Assembly (NCBI GenBank): GCA_000002435.2
Contig: CM018793.1
Direction: 5' to 3' (one strand)
DNA: 64,000 bases
Source: Giardia intestinalis
Taxonomy: Eukaryota
How positions within the stretch are numbered: the stretch's first letter is position 1; each line of letters opens with the position of its first letter. The translations under genes were made by a program, and so were the position numbers. Under the pieces are notes generated by a model. That model worked only from the letters and a program-made list of their open reading frames with translations. It searched no databases and was not told the origin of the DNA. Below, piece by piece: positions 1 through 10,418 of this stretch.

Positions 1-1251
1 GACGTGGTTGGATCGTTTGCATATCTAGGTTCCACGTTGTTATCGTGAAACAGTCCCTTTGTTGGTGAGTCACACTCTTGTTGCAAGTTAGAGTTTTCAG
101 CCCAGTAGTCAGGGGGCTCCACAGTGCTTCTCCTGTTAAAGGTGGCCGTGACTAACTCGTGCGACGATAACCTTGGCTTCTTGACGTAGGGATTGGTTAT
201 CTCACTAGCATTATCCGTCTCGCTCTGCTCCTTGAGGGTCCCGCTGTGACAAACCACGTGATTTGGTCTTGTCCTGTTAGTAGCATTGTTAAGGCTTGCG
301 TGCTTAGAGATAGACGCTCCAGGAACAAGGGTATGAGAGGGAGAGCTATTCAAATAGCGTAGATCCTGGTCAGTGTCGAACGCGCTTCCCGAAACGAGCA
401 GTTGGTTGTCAGTAACGGATCTGTTAGCAGGGGTAATATCCTCGCTATCGCAATTGTGCGATAGCCTGTCAATGCTAGTGCTGAAGTAAGAGTGGGGTTT
501 TTGATCTGCGATATTCATCATTATAGCTAAAGGCTGCGCTGCTGTATGTGCCTTTGAAGCAGCTGCTTCCTGCTGTCTCGCCTCTGTTTCTGAAGCACGG
601 AAATCAGATCTGCCCATATGAGGACCTCCATGTAAATTTATGATAATTCCGTCAAAGCTGGGGTCAGCTAGTTCCATCCGTATTTCTTGATTATGGAGGT
701 TATCGGACTTAGGTGCTTCATCTGTCTCCCCCTCTGTGGCGAACTCTTGAGTTGTCTTCTCACTAGAGGCCATGGATAGTTTTGCAGATTCAGGTGAAAT
801 TCCAGGCTGCTGAGTCTGTCTGAAATAAGATAGGGGGCCTAGATCAGGGAACGGCGGGGCTTCGCTGGTCACAACGCTCGCTGGTAGAGCATCGCCAGCG
901 TCGCTTGCAGCATCTATTTGCTCCTTGGAGTCGTCTAAGAACACATTGTGTTGGATGCTCTCTTGGGTAATGCTAATTAAAGCAGGATCAAGGATCTGCA
1001 GCTCATTCGGCTGCACTGCTGACTCGGAGGGACTCAGTGGAATAGTGTTCGTCTGAGGAGTCGCAAAGGTAGAGGCAGAATTGATTGGTTGTAGAGGTAA
1101 TGCTACTGGTGGACCCACCTGCGACCTGGCGGGAGCTCTGCGCCGGCCTCTGCGGGTCCCTGCACCGGGGCTTGCTATTTCAGAAGAGCTCCCCTTCATC
1201 TGGGCTAGTGTTGGTGGTGGGAGAATGGTGGCCGGGTCAGCTGGGAAAGAA
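1..1251 (-). CDS. hypothetical Ser/Thr-rich protein, N-terminal about 417 codons; the ORF runs off the window start
   Basis: Hand translation of the minus strand from the ATG at 1251..1249 gives an open frame with no stop down to position 1 (MDPSFPADPATILPPPTLAQMKGSSSEIASPGAG...). An AT-rich stretch (ttttttattttagag) lies 15-30 nt upstream of the ATG. It is absent from the ORF track, presumably because the window edge truncates it. Confidence 0.5.
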
Positions 1252-1354
1252 GGATCCATTGATTGAACAACAGCTCTAAAATAAAAAACGTTCCCTACCC
1301 TACCATACATCATCTGCTCGATTTTTATACGCAGCAACTAATCTGCGCCCTCGA

Positions 1355-2005
1355 ATGAGCTCGAGCCACACGCGGGAGAACGGCCCGTCCCAATCCACCG
1401 ACGGCACACGCGCCTCTGCAGTGCACATGCCGGAATCTGTAAAAGCCAGGAAAATGCAAATTTACAGTAGATCCTCCAGTAGGGCCCAGCCGAAAGTTCG
1501 AGACTGCGACGGATGGGATGTCGAGGATGACGACCCAGAGTCCTCACGTGGCGCAGAAAAGGCGAAACCTAAAAGATCGGATGAAGATCAGCGGTCCAGT
1601 GGTAAAACGCGGGAAGAGGACCTACCACTCATTGTAGAGAAACTGAAGACCAACACAAAGATGCTTATCAAGAACATCACCAGGCAAAACGACGTGATCA
1701 CGAATCAGCTTGAAACTATCAATAAGCAAAACGAGAAAATTAAGAGCCTGGAAGAGCGACTCGAGAAGCTGGAGAGCAGGCTGTCGGAGAAAGAGCAGGA
1801 GGAGAAGCGGGTACAGTTTGCAGGCCTCGATATAAAGAGAGAAGAAGAGAAGGAGGATGAGGCCCTTTTTAAAAAGAAGGTGCTGGGCGTGGTTAGCAAG
1901 GAGCTAGAGCACGTAGAATATGTATGCCACATTGTCGAGGCTATTCAGACGCTGGATGCAGAGCTGGATGAGGTTCGGAAGTTTATCCGCCAGGCGTTCA
2001 GCTAG
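1355..2005 (+). CDS. hypothetical coiled-coil protein (216 aa)
   Basis: Intact ORF with a charged heptad-like region (EKIKSLEERLEKLESRLSEKEQEEKR). AGTAAAC lies 27 nt after the stop, at 2032..2038. Confidence 0.5.
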   Translation: MSSSHTRENGPSQSTDGTRASAVHMPESVKARKMQIYSRSSSRAQPKVRDCDGWDVEDDDPESSRGAEKAKPKRSDEDQRSSGKTREEDLPLIVEKLKTNTKMLIKNITRQNDVITNQLETINKQNEKIKSLEERLEKLESRLSEKEQEEKRVQFAGLDIKREEEKEDEALFKKKVLGVVSKELEHVEYVCHIVEAIQTLDAELDEVRKFIRQAFS

Positions 2006-2173
2006 GTCATTAACTGGGGAAGAGAGTTTTAGTAAACAGGACAGAGCCCAGATCCTGGGCTCCCTCGCTCCATAGCTAAACTTTAGAATTTTGTACAAAC
2101 TGTACACAAGAATGGACTTTGTACAATTTTAGAGAAAATTATCGCACAAATTTGAGAGCTTATACACAACAAG

Positions 2174-5100
2174 ATGCCTTTTGCAGGCTCGGCGCACCCA
2201 CCTATACTACAGCAGAAAGGCCCGGCCAAGCAGAAAATGCAGCGGCCGGAAACTCCCTTGGGAGCAAGCATGGCGCGCCGCACCTGCATGGAAGGCTCTC
2301 TTGTTTATTTGGATAAGTCTACGAACATAAAGAGCATGCAACGCGTCAATCACTCAATCATAATGGCTAACTATACCGTGCTAGAGATCCTCGGACAAGG
2401 ATGCTCTGGGAAAACCTACAAGGTTCTTTTCCAAAGGGACGGACGACTCTATGCAATGAAAAAGAAGCGAAGCGCTACCAGTGAAGACGTCAAGGAAGGC
2501 ATTCTGATCACATCGCTGAAGTGCCCTGTCTGTATACCGTGCTATCTCTGTTGGATAGAGGACAATAGTACGTACTTTGTCACAGACCTAGCTCATTGTA
2601 GTCTCGATAGCATTCTTGACTACTATCATTTTCTTATTGAGGATCTCATCTGGATACTGATGGCAGACATCTCTATGGCTCTGGAGTACATCCACGCTAA
2701 CGGGATTGCACATTGTGATCTAAAGCCAGAGAACATCTTGGTCACCAACAGGATAGATGGGTATAACGTCCCTCCCAAGAATTGTGGAGATAGCTACACC
2801 ATTGACACTAGTATGGACCGCTTAACTCCCATAAACGATCCCAATCTCAAGAGGTCTTACGTAGCACAGCGTGCCGCCGCGTTGGCAAGATCCAAGTCCG
2901 ACAAGGCAAAGGACACATACATTAATAAGAGCCAGAATAAGCCTTTTTCAGTCGCCTCTTCCTCTCATTCTCAGCAAGCTAGTGCAACCAACACTGTTCC
3001 CACAACTGGTGTAGCCAGTGTTGTCAGCACACCAATGCATACCAGTATTGTGAGCACTGCAGTCAATCAAAAACTGTCAGAGGACACCCTTTATCCAATC
3101 GCCTCAGAAAACGTCACGACATCTATGGATCAACTCTCACTTCACACCACCTTTCCTCGCGCGCAAGTTATCCACAGTGATCTCAGGAATTGCATCTTAT
3201 CGACACATAGACAGAGCTTTCCACTTATTATCTCACCATGTTATGAGCGTGCAGCTGACGGAAAATACTTTGTTCGACACAAAAAGGGAGGGTTCCTCCT
3301 CGACAAGATCAACCTGATCAAGAGAAGCTATTCAGATAGCACCCTAGTGGTCCTGAAGCACACAGAAACAATGTTGTCGAATAATTATCCGCGTGAATAC
3401 ATCTTTTGTGAATATGAGGACCAATTTCACAATGAGGTGCAAGATAATTCCCACTTAATCATTCAGCACTTTGAGCTAGGGAGCCCGATGAAGACAAGAT
3501 ACTCCACCCCAATGCATAGGTTCAGTAGCACCTTGAACCAAACTATGGACTGCCAGGCCGTGGACGCAGATGTCGACCAAGGCATGCGTATTCCGCATTT
3601 GGGCATGTCTGAACCTGTCATTAATTTTCACTTCGTCAATATCTCTGAGCGGATAAGTGACACAGAGTGGACACGCTCCTTTGAAAAACCCCAAAGCACA
3701 ATAGAAAACAGCGTGGACTCGGTCGTCTTTTCAAGCAAGCAAGACCTAGAGGTCTTTCGCGTTGAGGAGGAATCCTCGGGAGGGATGAAATCCAACTGTG
3801 TCCCCAATGAGTTAATGCGCCACAGCTCAGTGCTTGCTGTAAGTGCAAAGTCTTTAGAGAAGGCAGATGACGTCATAGAGGATCTAGAAGAATCACTGAC
3901 GGCAACGCAACCCTCTAAGAAAGTGGAGGTCGATCATCTCAGCACTGATGCCACTCTCCAGAATACATCACCAACATCGCAGAGCAACAAAGCAATAACC
4001 TTACTAGCCACATGCAAGCATGATCACACGTGCCATTCTGCCGTTTTCAATTGCAGTGAAGACTCGTCCACAACTAACCCAAAACACGCAACCAAGCTTG
4101 TAAGCCTTCAGAAGGATAAGTCAGTATTGTGTGCTGCATTTCGAAAGCTTCCTCGTAATAACAGCTACCGACTAGCCCTTCTCGCCATGGTCAGTAGGAA
4201 GCCCCTGTACAGTCTGTACTTTAATACCAGATTCCTTTACAGGAGAAGACCTAACCATTGGGCATACTATTTCAACCATTGCAAAAAGCATACCTATCAC
4301 ATAGCAAAGCCATCCTTTCTTCTCTGTAGGAGTGTCAATAGTGTACCAATTAAGCCAAAAACCTTGATGGACGAGATACTATCATTGAGCCATTATGACC
4401 ATAACTCCCAAATACCTACGGTTACCATGCCAGCTCCTCAGGATCAAGAGTCAGTAGACCAAGATTCTCGCGGTATTAAAAGTGCCATAACCATTGGCTT
4501 AGCTAAGAACTTCTTACTAGATAGCTGCTCGTCGTCAGGCCTCTATATTGATGAGAAATCCATCAAGTATGCCAACCACGACTCTTCCAAGTCCAGCATC
4601 TTGTCGAGCCATTTAGAGGGAGACATTTCGCCCAGTATTGAAGCAGATACATTTACAAAGCAGCTATCATCAATTCCTCACCAGTCACGGTGTGCAATGC
4701 TCCCTGCCCCAGCGACTACTGGGCAATGCAGCCATCAGCCTAACTTAGCCATCCAGTACAATTTTGATAGATACCACCACTCTGGAGAGAACCCCAAGGT
4801 GGACACTTTCAGAAAGCGGGGGCACACAATGTATAACTCTAGCAGGCATGCTTTGCAGGCCACTACGTCTCCTCCTAGTAGATCATGCTCCCAAGGCCTA
4901 ACAACCTGGAGCGTATCTCGGCCCACAACCGACCTGTCTCTTTCTTTGCTACTGGAACCTACATCTACCTACGACTCAGCTATAACAGAATATGCACAGT
5001 ACAGAACAAATAACTTTAAAACTAATTCCCGACATAATGAATTGGCAGAGTCATTGAACAAACCAACCTTGCAAGGACAAAAAAGGCAAAATGCATTTCT

Positions 5101-8100
5101 AGGGTCACTCCCTGACGACATGCAGCTCTTTAATCTCTCTCACAGTGCACACTTTCAAAATGGCAGCTTCTCAGGAGACATCCAACCACCGTTCTTTGAA
5201 GATTATAGCTATCCTAATTCGCGATATGCATTTAGTCCCGCACAGGCTTATAAAACCCCGTTCACGAGATCTACTGGCTCTCAAAAGAAGCATGACCCCT
5301 GCATATACGCATCATCAAGCAAAGTCCATCGTCTTTGTAGGCCAAAGGACATGTATGCTGTGCTCGATGTGCATCCTTTTCAACAGATGGGGTTTATGGA
5401 CTCGGATATCTCTTGCTTGCTGCCCCCCTATGGGTATCAATTATATAGGGCAAACAACCTCTTGTCAACATCTATGTGCGGAGATACATATGGAAATCAC
5501 AGTCCAATGAACTTCTTATCATTAGTGCCTTCTACTTCCCACACGCCTGTCAACGTAGTTCCAGTTGCCGTTGATACAGAGCACAGCAGTCCTGAGTCAT
5601 CCTCCTCTAACGAAGGATCCGTACAGCACACTCCCCTACTGACGCCTCGCCAGTTTCCAGTTCTTCCAGGCCCTCCTGACCGAGATGCTAACTGTTCAAA
5701 CTGTTCACAGCCCTCTATCAAGTCTGCCTCTTTTCAGGACAGTATGAAATGCGGTGACCAAACTAAGCAGTCTAATAGACCTATCTTCTCACCAGTGTCC
5801 TCAGATACGTCCCTGAGCAGGTCTTCAGTGATCAATACATGCAATTCTCAGTCAATCCTTCAGAACCTGGTCTTTACCCTTTCCGACTTCGGGCACGCTC
5901 AAGAAGCACCATTCAAGGAAAGTAACACAGGGGATAGTCGATATATATGCCCCCAATTTTTGCGTACGGGAATCCCAGATTACTCAGCAGATGTATATTC
6001 TTTTGGGATGACAATCCTTGAAGTCATGACTAACGTCAACATTCCCCCCAACGGCGAGTCTTTTGAGTGTTTGAGAAGCCACAAAAAAGCCGTATTAGAC
6101 ATGCTGGATGCTAACGTATTTGGGCGGAACTTAAGTGCACAGTTGCACGAGGACGATGCAGCAGGGTCTGACCTTCACAGGTCTTTATCGTTCATTACGC
6201 CGCGCATCACCTACAGTAAAGATCTCTGGCTGGCAATGTTGGATCTCATCGAGCCAGACACGTCTCTACGACCCTCTATTAGGACTTGGCGTAAAAAGTG
6301 GAAAAGTCAGCTGGACCGTATAGACAGAACTAAGCTTTACCAAAAGATAGAGTCTGATCAGCGCGCAGTTGGCCTAATAATGAACGACCGTTTAGCACCG
6401 TCTGCCGTTGATAAGATGAAAGATGCTAGTTCCAAAGATCTTCTTTTCCCGCAGCATACAAGTTTTACCAACGGCGATAGCAGCCATAACCCTTTTCAGT
6501 CCACAGTCTCATCTTGCAAATCCAACGCAGACTTTATCAATACACTGAACTCAACGTATCAATCTAAAGTATATTATAACAAAGACAATCAAATACACCC
6601 CCATTCTATCAATAATTCCACAGCAACTAGCACTAAAATGGTTCCTATTAAATGGTTAGACTCTTGCTTCTGCCAGGACCCCTCGAAGTCTACAAATGCA
6701 ATTTCTTCTATTAACAGACCTGCAGATATGTTAAACACGCGACCACTGAATTATGGAGATCTGCACTGCTCAGCTCACCTTGACACTCAGCTGAACCCCA
6801 GTGACTTGTGCCACGATACGTACAAACACGCTGTCCCGGTTCCTGGGACATATACTTCAATCTGCTCTTGTGATACTCCATGCAATGTTTACGCCAAATC
6901 AAGGAGCAGGAGCCATTGTACTGACTTTCAATCACGGACAGAGTTGCTGGGTCCAGATATAGGAGACGACTATCTGGACTTCGGCTTATCCTATAGGCAA
7001 GAGTCCATGACTCCGACAACCATTGTTATAAACAAACAGCACACAAATACACAGGGCTCTTTACAGCAAGATCATCATCATGTTGTAGGAGCTATGTCGA
7101 TGGGCCCAGCAAAGTCGGTGCACAAATCAGCTCGCTCAGAAGGAGCTGAAACCCCTGCGTCACTTGAGAGGTGCGGCTATCTGTCGCTAAATTGGCACTC
7201 GTCACTAAACGAAGATAGCTTCGAACTGGATCACTCTCAACTGAAGTCGCCGACAAGTGCCCTTCAGAAAGCTCATCAGTCTGCGTTGACATGTGCAGGA
7301 CTCGATGTGGGAGCACTAGACTCGTTTTCCATCCGGGCAGAGTCGGATATGATCCTGCTTGACAATCGCATGCGCGAGGCCCCTTCCGAGATTCAGGTGG
7401 GAGAGCCGTTCCCCATTAGCTTTCAGTCGCATGAGTCCAGCGAGTCCGCGCTTCTTTCCACGGAGCTGCAGCTAAAGGCTCTCGTAGACGACGGGAGTTG
7501 TGAGAACCTGGACGTAGAACCCAAGGATAGTGACCACCTCATAAAGAGCGCCGTGAACACGACTCTCAGCTCTAAGGCACACGCCAGCACACAATCGGTG
7601 GCATTGTTTGCCTCACCTCGCAAACCGGCAGAGCAGACCTCCGCCACTTGCACCTCAGAGAGTCAGATCGACTCTATCCAGAACGACACATTGGCTGTTG
7701 GTAAGCACGTTGCAGTCGGGCAAGCTCACTCTAGTGCTAGTTTCACGTCCAATACGACAGACCGTGGAAAAGCGAACAATCCGACGCAATCCATAGTTAA
7801 CACGCTTCTAAATTCTCCTGTGTCCGGGATCTTCGAACACAGTGATCACAGTGACCTGAGCGTCCATAGTACCAAGAGTAGCAAGAGCTGTAACAGTACG
7901 CTCCACCAAAGCGTAGTGCATCCAAAGAGCTTCGTCAAAAGCTCCCTATCAGATCAGAAGTCCCATCTGGGACAAAAGGATTATGCGAGCACCCAATCAC
8001 TTACATCCAGTTGCGAGAGTGCCCTCAGAAACACTCACTCACTGCCACACATATCTCCACTGTGCTCTTCGTTGAGGTCCGTCATACTCAGCGCTAATCC

Positions 8101-9760
8101 CATTGATGTGGCCGAAACCTCTCCGGAAAGCCAATCGGTGAGCCTTTGCGCAGATGGTATATCCCTTCTGTCCGCACGCCGTGGAAGGGCTATCAGCCAA
8201 ATAACCCGCCGGGAGCTGCAGACCATTGGGGTGAACTCGGCCGTAGACGATAGTACCACGTCTCTGCACGAAAGGCCGGGATACTGTCCGGTTTGCAAGC
8301 TTTTACGTGTTCCTTCGGACTTGCGCCTCACGCAGCGCGCTATGGCCTTGTGCCCCTCTTCCTCTCAGGCTGAAGAGCTTATCCATTACTGTGTGTGTGC
8401 CCAAGCAAGCGCCTTTCCAGATGCAGGAGAGTTCACCCATTCTTATTCAGAGCCTGCATGTACTAACTACAGTAACCACTCTATTGACAAGCTCATTCTT
8501 TCGTGCTACATACAGAAGGACAACTGCGATGCTAATAGCCACGCCCCGTCCCCTCTTCCTCGCGCTGCTCGTAGTGGGGCATCCTTTGGCCCGGGACCCT
8601 TGGTTTCTCAGGAGGATGTTGGCAAGAACAATGACAGAACGGTGTCTGCCAACGATTGTGAGTGTTTACCGAGTCAATTTGTCCTGTCGCACGTATCTGT
8701 ATCGCACCCTTCCTCAACAGTGGGCCCCTGGATGTTACCCTTCAGCAAAACAAGGTCGCTTGTGCTCACTTACACCGAGAGGCTAATAGTTTCTGCGATC
8801 TCGTACCTGTCACTTCGCTCCGGAATATATACCTCAATGCAGGTTCCAAGCGAGGCAGCGGCATCCTGCTTCACGAAATATGAGCAAACGCCAACTGTAA
8901 TCGGATGTAAGACGAACCAGGTACTTTTGTCTAAAGTAGATACGGTCTGCGAGCCTGGTAAAAAGCACTGTTTAGAAGCTGGGAGTGAGGTAAGAGAGAT
9001 TGGCGACGACTCTACTAACTCAGTCGGGAGCTCCGGGGCGGAAAGGGTGCGGTTAGCCTGCAGGCACCGAAGGAGGTCTGCCGGTAACACAGGAAATTTC
9101 AAGGCAGTGGGCTGGGCAGACGATCTGGGTGGAACGGAGGGGCGCACACAAAAGCCCCGCTATAGCACTTTATCTCATTCAAAGTCCGGGATGCTCACAC
9201 GATTGCCATATGCAGAGCTCCAAAGACTTGGATACGTAACTCCACTACCGAAGCAACGAAGGACGCCGGTAAAGTGGAAAAAGCCTAGTAAGGTTTTCTT
9301 ACTTTCTAAGGAAATATCCACCTGCTCGTCTAGAGAGCCGTGCATATCTGTGTGCTCTCTGGCCTTCACGGCGCATGGCGTATTCAACTGTCTGCTGCTT
9401 CTGGACATAGGGCTCATTGACTTTTTTCATACAGCACGCATGTTTCGGTGGATTGGCGTTGTAATTACAATCGTTCTAGCAGGAGTTTTAGCATCTATAT
9501 TGAAGGAGCTCAACACATACCTAGTCTTTGAAGACAAGAGTCCGGGATACGTCTGTGTTCCATATACACGGATATACGTCTCCCCGCGCCAGATCGTGGC
9601 TGTCTGTCTGCGCTTCCTCCTGCCGACAGTTTGCTTTATGGCAACAGGAGTGGGGCTAAGCCTGTACCCACAGTCACGTCTTCTGATGCTTCTGTTGGCT
9701 CTACTCGAGTGTATGTTCGTCGCAAAAATAAGCAAATTCTCAATTCGGAACATTTCGTAG
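2174..9760 (+). CDS. giant (2528 aa) protein kinase with a split catalytic domain, a long Ser/Thr-rich low-complexity region and a C-terminal multi-pass membrane anchor
   Basis: N-terminal Gly-loop LGQGCSGKTYKV, beta3 Lys in LYAMKKK, and catalytic loop IAHCDLKPENILV at nt 2391-2736. The DFG/APE/subdomain IX-XI block (LSDFGHAQ...ICPQFL...DVYSFGMTILEV...RPSI) appears only about 1050 aa later, at nt 5887-6290. The last ~130 aa carry several hydrophobic helices (IGVVITIVLAGVLASIL, LLMLLLALLECMFVA). Confidence 0.8.
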   Translation: MPFAGSAHPPILQQKGPAKQKMQRPETPLGASMARRTCMEGSLVYLDKSTNIKSMQRVNHSIIMANYTVLEILGQGCSGKTYKVLFQRDGRLYAMKKKRSATSEDVKEGILITSLKCPVCIPCYLCWIEDNSTYFVTDLAHCSLDSILDYYHFLIEDLIWILMADISMALEYIHANGIAHCDLKPENILVTNRIDGYNVPPKNCGDSYTIDTSMDRLTPINDPNLKRSYVAQRAAALARSKSDKAKDTYINKSQNKPFSVASSSHSQQASATNTVPTTGVASVVSTPMHTSIVSTAVNQKLSEDTLYPIASENVTTSMDQLSLHTTFPRAQVIHSDLRNCILSTHRQSFPLIISPCYERAADGKYFVRHKKGGFLLDKINLIKRSYSDSTLVVLKHTETMLSNNYPREYIFCEYEDQFHNEVQDNSHLIIQHFELGSPMKTRYSTPMHRFSSTLNQTMDCQAVDADVDQGMRIPHLGMSEPVINFHFVNISERISDTEWTRSFEKPQSTIENSVDSVVFSSKQDLEVFRVEEESSGGMKSNCVPNELMRHSSVLAVSAKSLEKADDVIEDLEESLTATQPSKKVEVDHLSTDATLQNTSPTSQSNKAITLLATCKHDHTCHSAVFNCSEDSSTTNPKHATKLVSLQKDKSVLCAAFRKLPRNNSYRLALLAMVSRKPLYSLYFNTRFLYRRRPNHWAYYFNHCKKHTYHIAKPSFLLCRSVNSVPIKPKTLMDEILSLSHYDHNSQIPTVTMPAPQDQESVDQDSRGIKSAITIGLAKNFLLDSCSSSGLYIDEKSIKYANHDSSKSSILSSHLEGDISPSIEADTFTKQLSSIPHQSRCAMLPAPATTGQCSHQPNLAIQYNFDRYHHSGENPKVDTFRKRGHTMYNSSRHALQATTSPPSRSCSQGLTTWSVSRPTTDLSLSLLLEPTSTYDSAITEYAQYRTNNFKTNSRHNELAESLNKPTLQGQKRQNAFLGSLPDDMQLFNLSHSAHFQNGSFSGDIQPPFFEDYSYPNSRYAFSPAQAYKTPFTRSTGSQKKHDPCIYASSSKVHRLCRPKDMYAVLDVHPFQQMGFMDSDISCLLPPYGYQLYRANNLLSTSMCGDTYGNHSPMNFLSLVPSTSHTPVNVVPVAVDTEHSSPESSSSNEGSVQHTPLLTPRQFPVLPGPPDRDANCSNCSQPSIKSASFQDSMKCGDQTKQSNRPIFSPVSSDTSLSRSSVINTCNSQSILQNLVFTLSDFGHAQEAPFKESNTGDSRYICPQFLRTGIPDYSADVYSFGMTILEVMTNVNIPPNGESFECLRSHKKAVLDMLDANVFGRNLSAQLHEDDAAGSDLHRSLSFITPRITYSKDLWLAMLDLIEPDTSLRPSIRTWRKKWKSQLDRIDRTKLYQKIESDQRAVGLIMNDRLAPSAVDKMKDASSKDLLFPQHTSFTNGDSSHNPFQSTVSSCKSNADFINTLNSTYQSKVYYNKDNQIHPHSINNSTATSTKMVPIKWLDSCFCQDPSKSTNAISSINRPADMLNTRPLNYGDLHCSAHLDTQLNPSDLCHDTYKHAVPVPGTYTSICSCDTPCNVYAKSRSRSHCTDFQSRTELLGPDIGDDYLDFGLSYRQESMTPTTIVINKQHTNTQGSLQQDHHHVVGAMSMGPAKSVHKSARSEGAETPASLERCGYLSLNWHSSLNEDSFELDHSQLKSPTSALQKAHQSALTCAGLDVGALDSFSIRAESDMILLDNRMREAPSEIQVGEPFPISFQSHESSESALLSTELQLKALVDDGSCENLDVEPKDSDHLIKSAVNTTLSSKAHASTQSVALFASPRKPAEQTSATCTSESQIDSIQNDTLAVGKHVAVGQAHSSASFTSNTTDRGKANNPTQSIVNTLLNSPVSGIFEHSDHSDLSVHSTKSSKSCNSTLHQSVVHPKSFVKSSLSDQKSHLGQKDYASTQSLTSSCESALRNTHSLPHISPLCSSLRSVILSANPIDVAETSPESQSVSLCADGISLLSARRGRAISQITRRELQTIGVNSAVDDSTTSLHERPGYCPVCKLLRVPSDLRLTQRAMALCPSSSQAEELIHYCVCAQASAFPDAGEFTHSYSEPACTNYSNHSIDKLILSCYIQKDNCDANSHAPSPLPRAARSGASFGPGPLVSQEDVGKNNDRTVSANDCECLPSQFVLSHVSVSHPSSTVGPWMLPFSKTRSLVLTYTERLIVSAISYLSLRSGIYTSMQVPSEAAASCFTKYEQTPTVIGCKTNQVLLSKVDTVCEPGKKHCLEAGSEVREIGDDSTNSVGSSGAERVRLACRHRRRSAGNTGNFKAVGWADDLGGTEGRTQKPRYSTLSHSKSGMLTRLPYAELQRLGYVTPLPKQRRTPVKWKKPSKVFLLSKEISTCSSREPCISVCSLAFTAHGVFNCLLLLDIGLIDFFHTARMFRWIGVVITIVLAGVLASILKELNTYLVFEDKSPGYVCVPYTRIYVSPRQIVAVCLRFLLPTVCFMATGVGLSLYPQSRLLMLLLALLECMFVAKISKFSIRNIS

Positions 9761-9779
9761 CCGTAGACAGCCAAAATAA

Positions 9780-10415
9780 ATGCCTGTCAAGCACATCTAC
9801 CTTGTCCGCCATGGAGAGACAGATTTCAACACGGACCCCGAGCCCCGCATCAGAGGCCACGTTCCCAATCCACTGAACGAAATAGGGCGCCTCCATGCCA
9901 AGGAGGCCAGCGCCGCATTGAAGGACGTGAAATTTGATGCCATCTTTTACAGTAGAATTCCCCGTGCCAAGGAAACGGCCGAGGCCATTCGAGCCAATCA
10001 GCCCCAAGCTCGTTTTGAGGAGGAGCCCCTTGTTTGTGATATCTCTTGGGGCGACTGGGAGGGAAAGACGTACCTCGAGGCCTTTGGGACGCCCGAGCGC
10101 GTGCATCTCTTTAAGACAGACCCTGCGCGCCTCGAGATACCAAATGGAGAAAGCTTCTACTCCGTTCTGGCGCGCCTCGAGGCCCTGGTCCACAAGCTTG
10201 AGCGCAGCACCGACGAGACCATCTGCATTGTGTCTCATGGTGCCGTGCTCAACCTTTTCATGTGCTTGATCACCTCCGCCCCGCTGTCGAAGTTTTGGAT
10301 GTTCTATGGCGATGCATGCTCCATTTCGCAAGTGGATATGCACGACCCTTCGACGTTCCACATCCGCTCATACAACGAGACCCGTCACCTGTCTAAGAGT
10401 CTCCCTAGTAAATAG
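9780..10415 (+). CDS. histidine phosphatase superfamily protein (phosphoglycerate-mutase-like branch), 211 aa
   Basis: N-terminal LVRHGETDFN (catalytic RHG motif) and a later SHG-type His (IVSHGAV). It starts 20 bp after the upstream gene's stop. AGTAAAT at 10407..10413 overlaps the stop codon. Confidence 0.8.
   Translation: MPVKHIYLVRHGETDFNTDPEPRIRGHVPNPLNEIGRLHAKEASAALKDVKFDAIFYSRIPRAKETAEAIRANQPQARFEEEPLVCDISWGDWEGKTYLEAFGTPERVHLFKTDPARLEIPNGESFYSVLARLEALVHKLERSTDETICIVSHGAVLNLFMCLITSAPLSKFWMFYGDACSISQVDMHDPSTFHIRSYNETRHLSKSLPSK
10407..10413 (+). terminator. putative polyadenylation signal AGTAAAT overlapping the phosphatase stop codon
   Basis: It matches the AGTRAAY consensus established for Giardia. 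Similar motifs occur at 2032..2038 (AGTAAAC) and 46315..46321 on the minus strand (AGTAAAC). Confidence 0.45.
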
Positions 10416-10418
10416 TCG

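Noticed and set aside
3476-9774. Dozens of 60-125-aa ORFs antisense to or embedded in the giant ORFs (for example 3476..3694, 8307..8786, 9427..9774), repeated in 54443..56182
   Set aside because: They are fully contained within strongly supported long coding regions on the other strand. They have no initiator motifs and are low-complexity. Their duplication simply reflects the inverted repeat.
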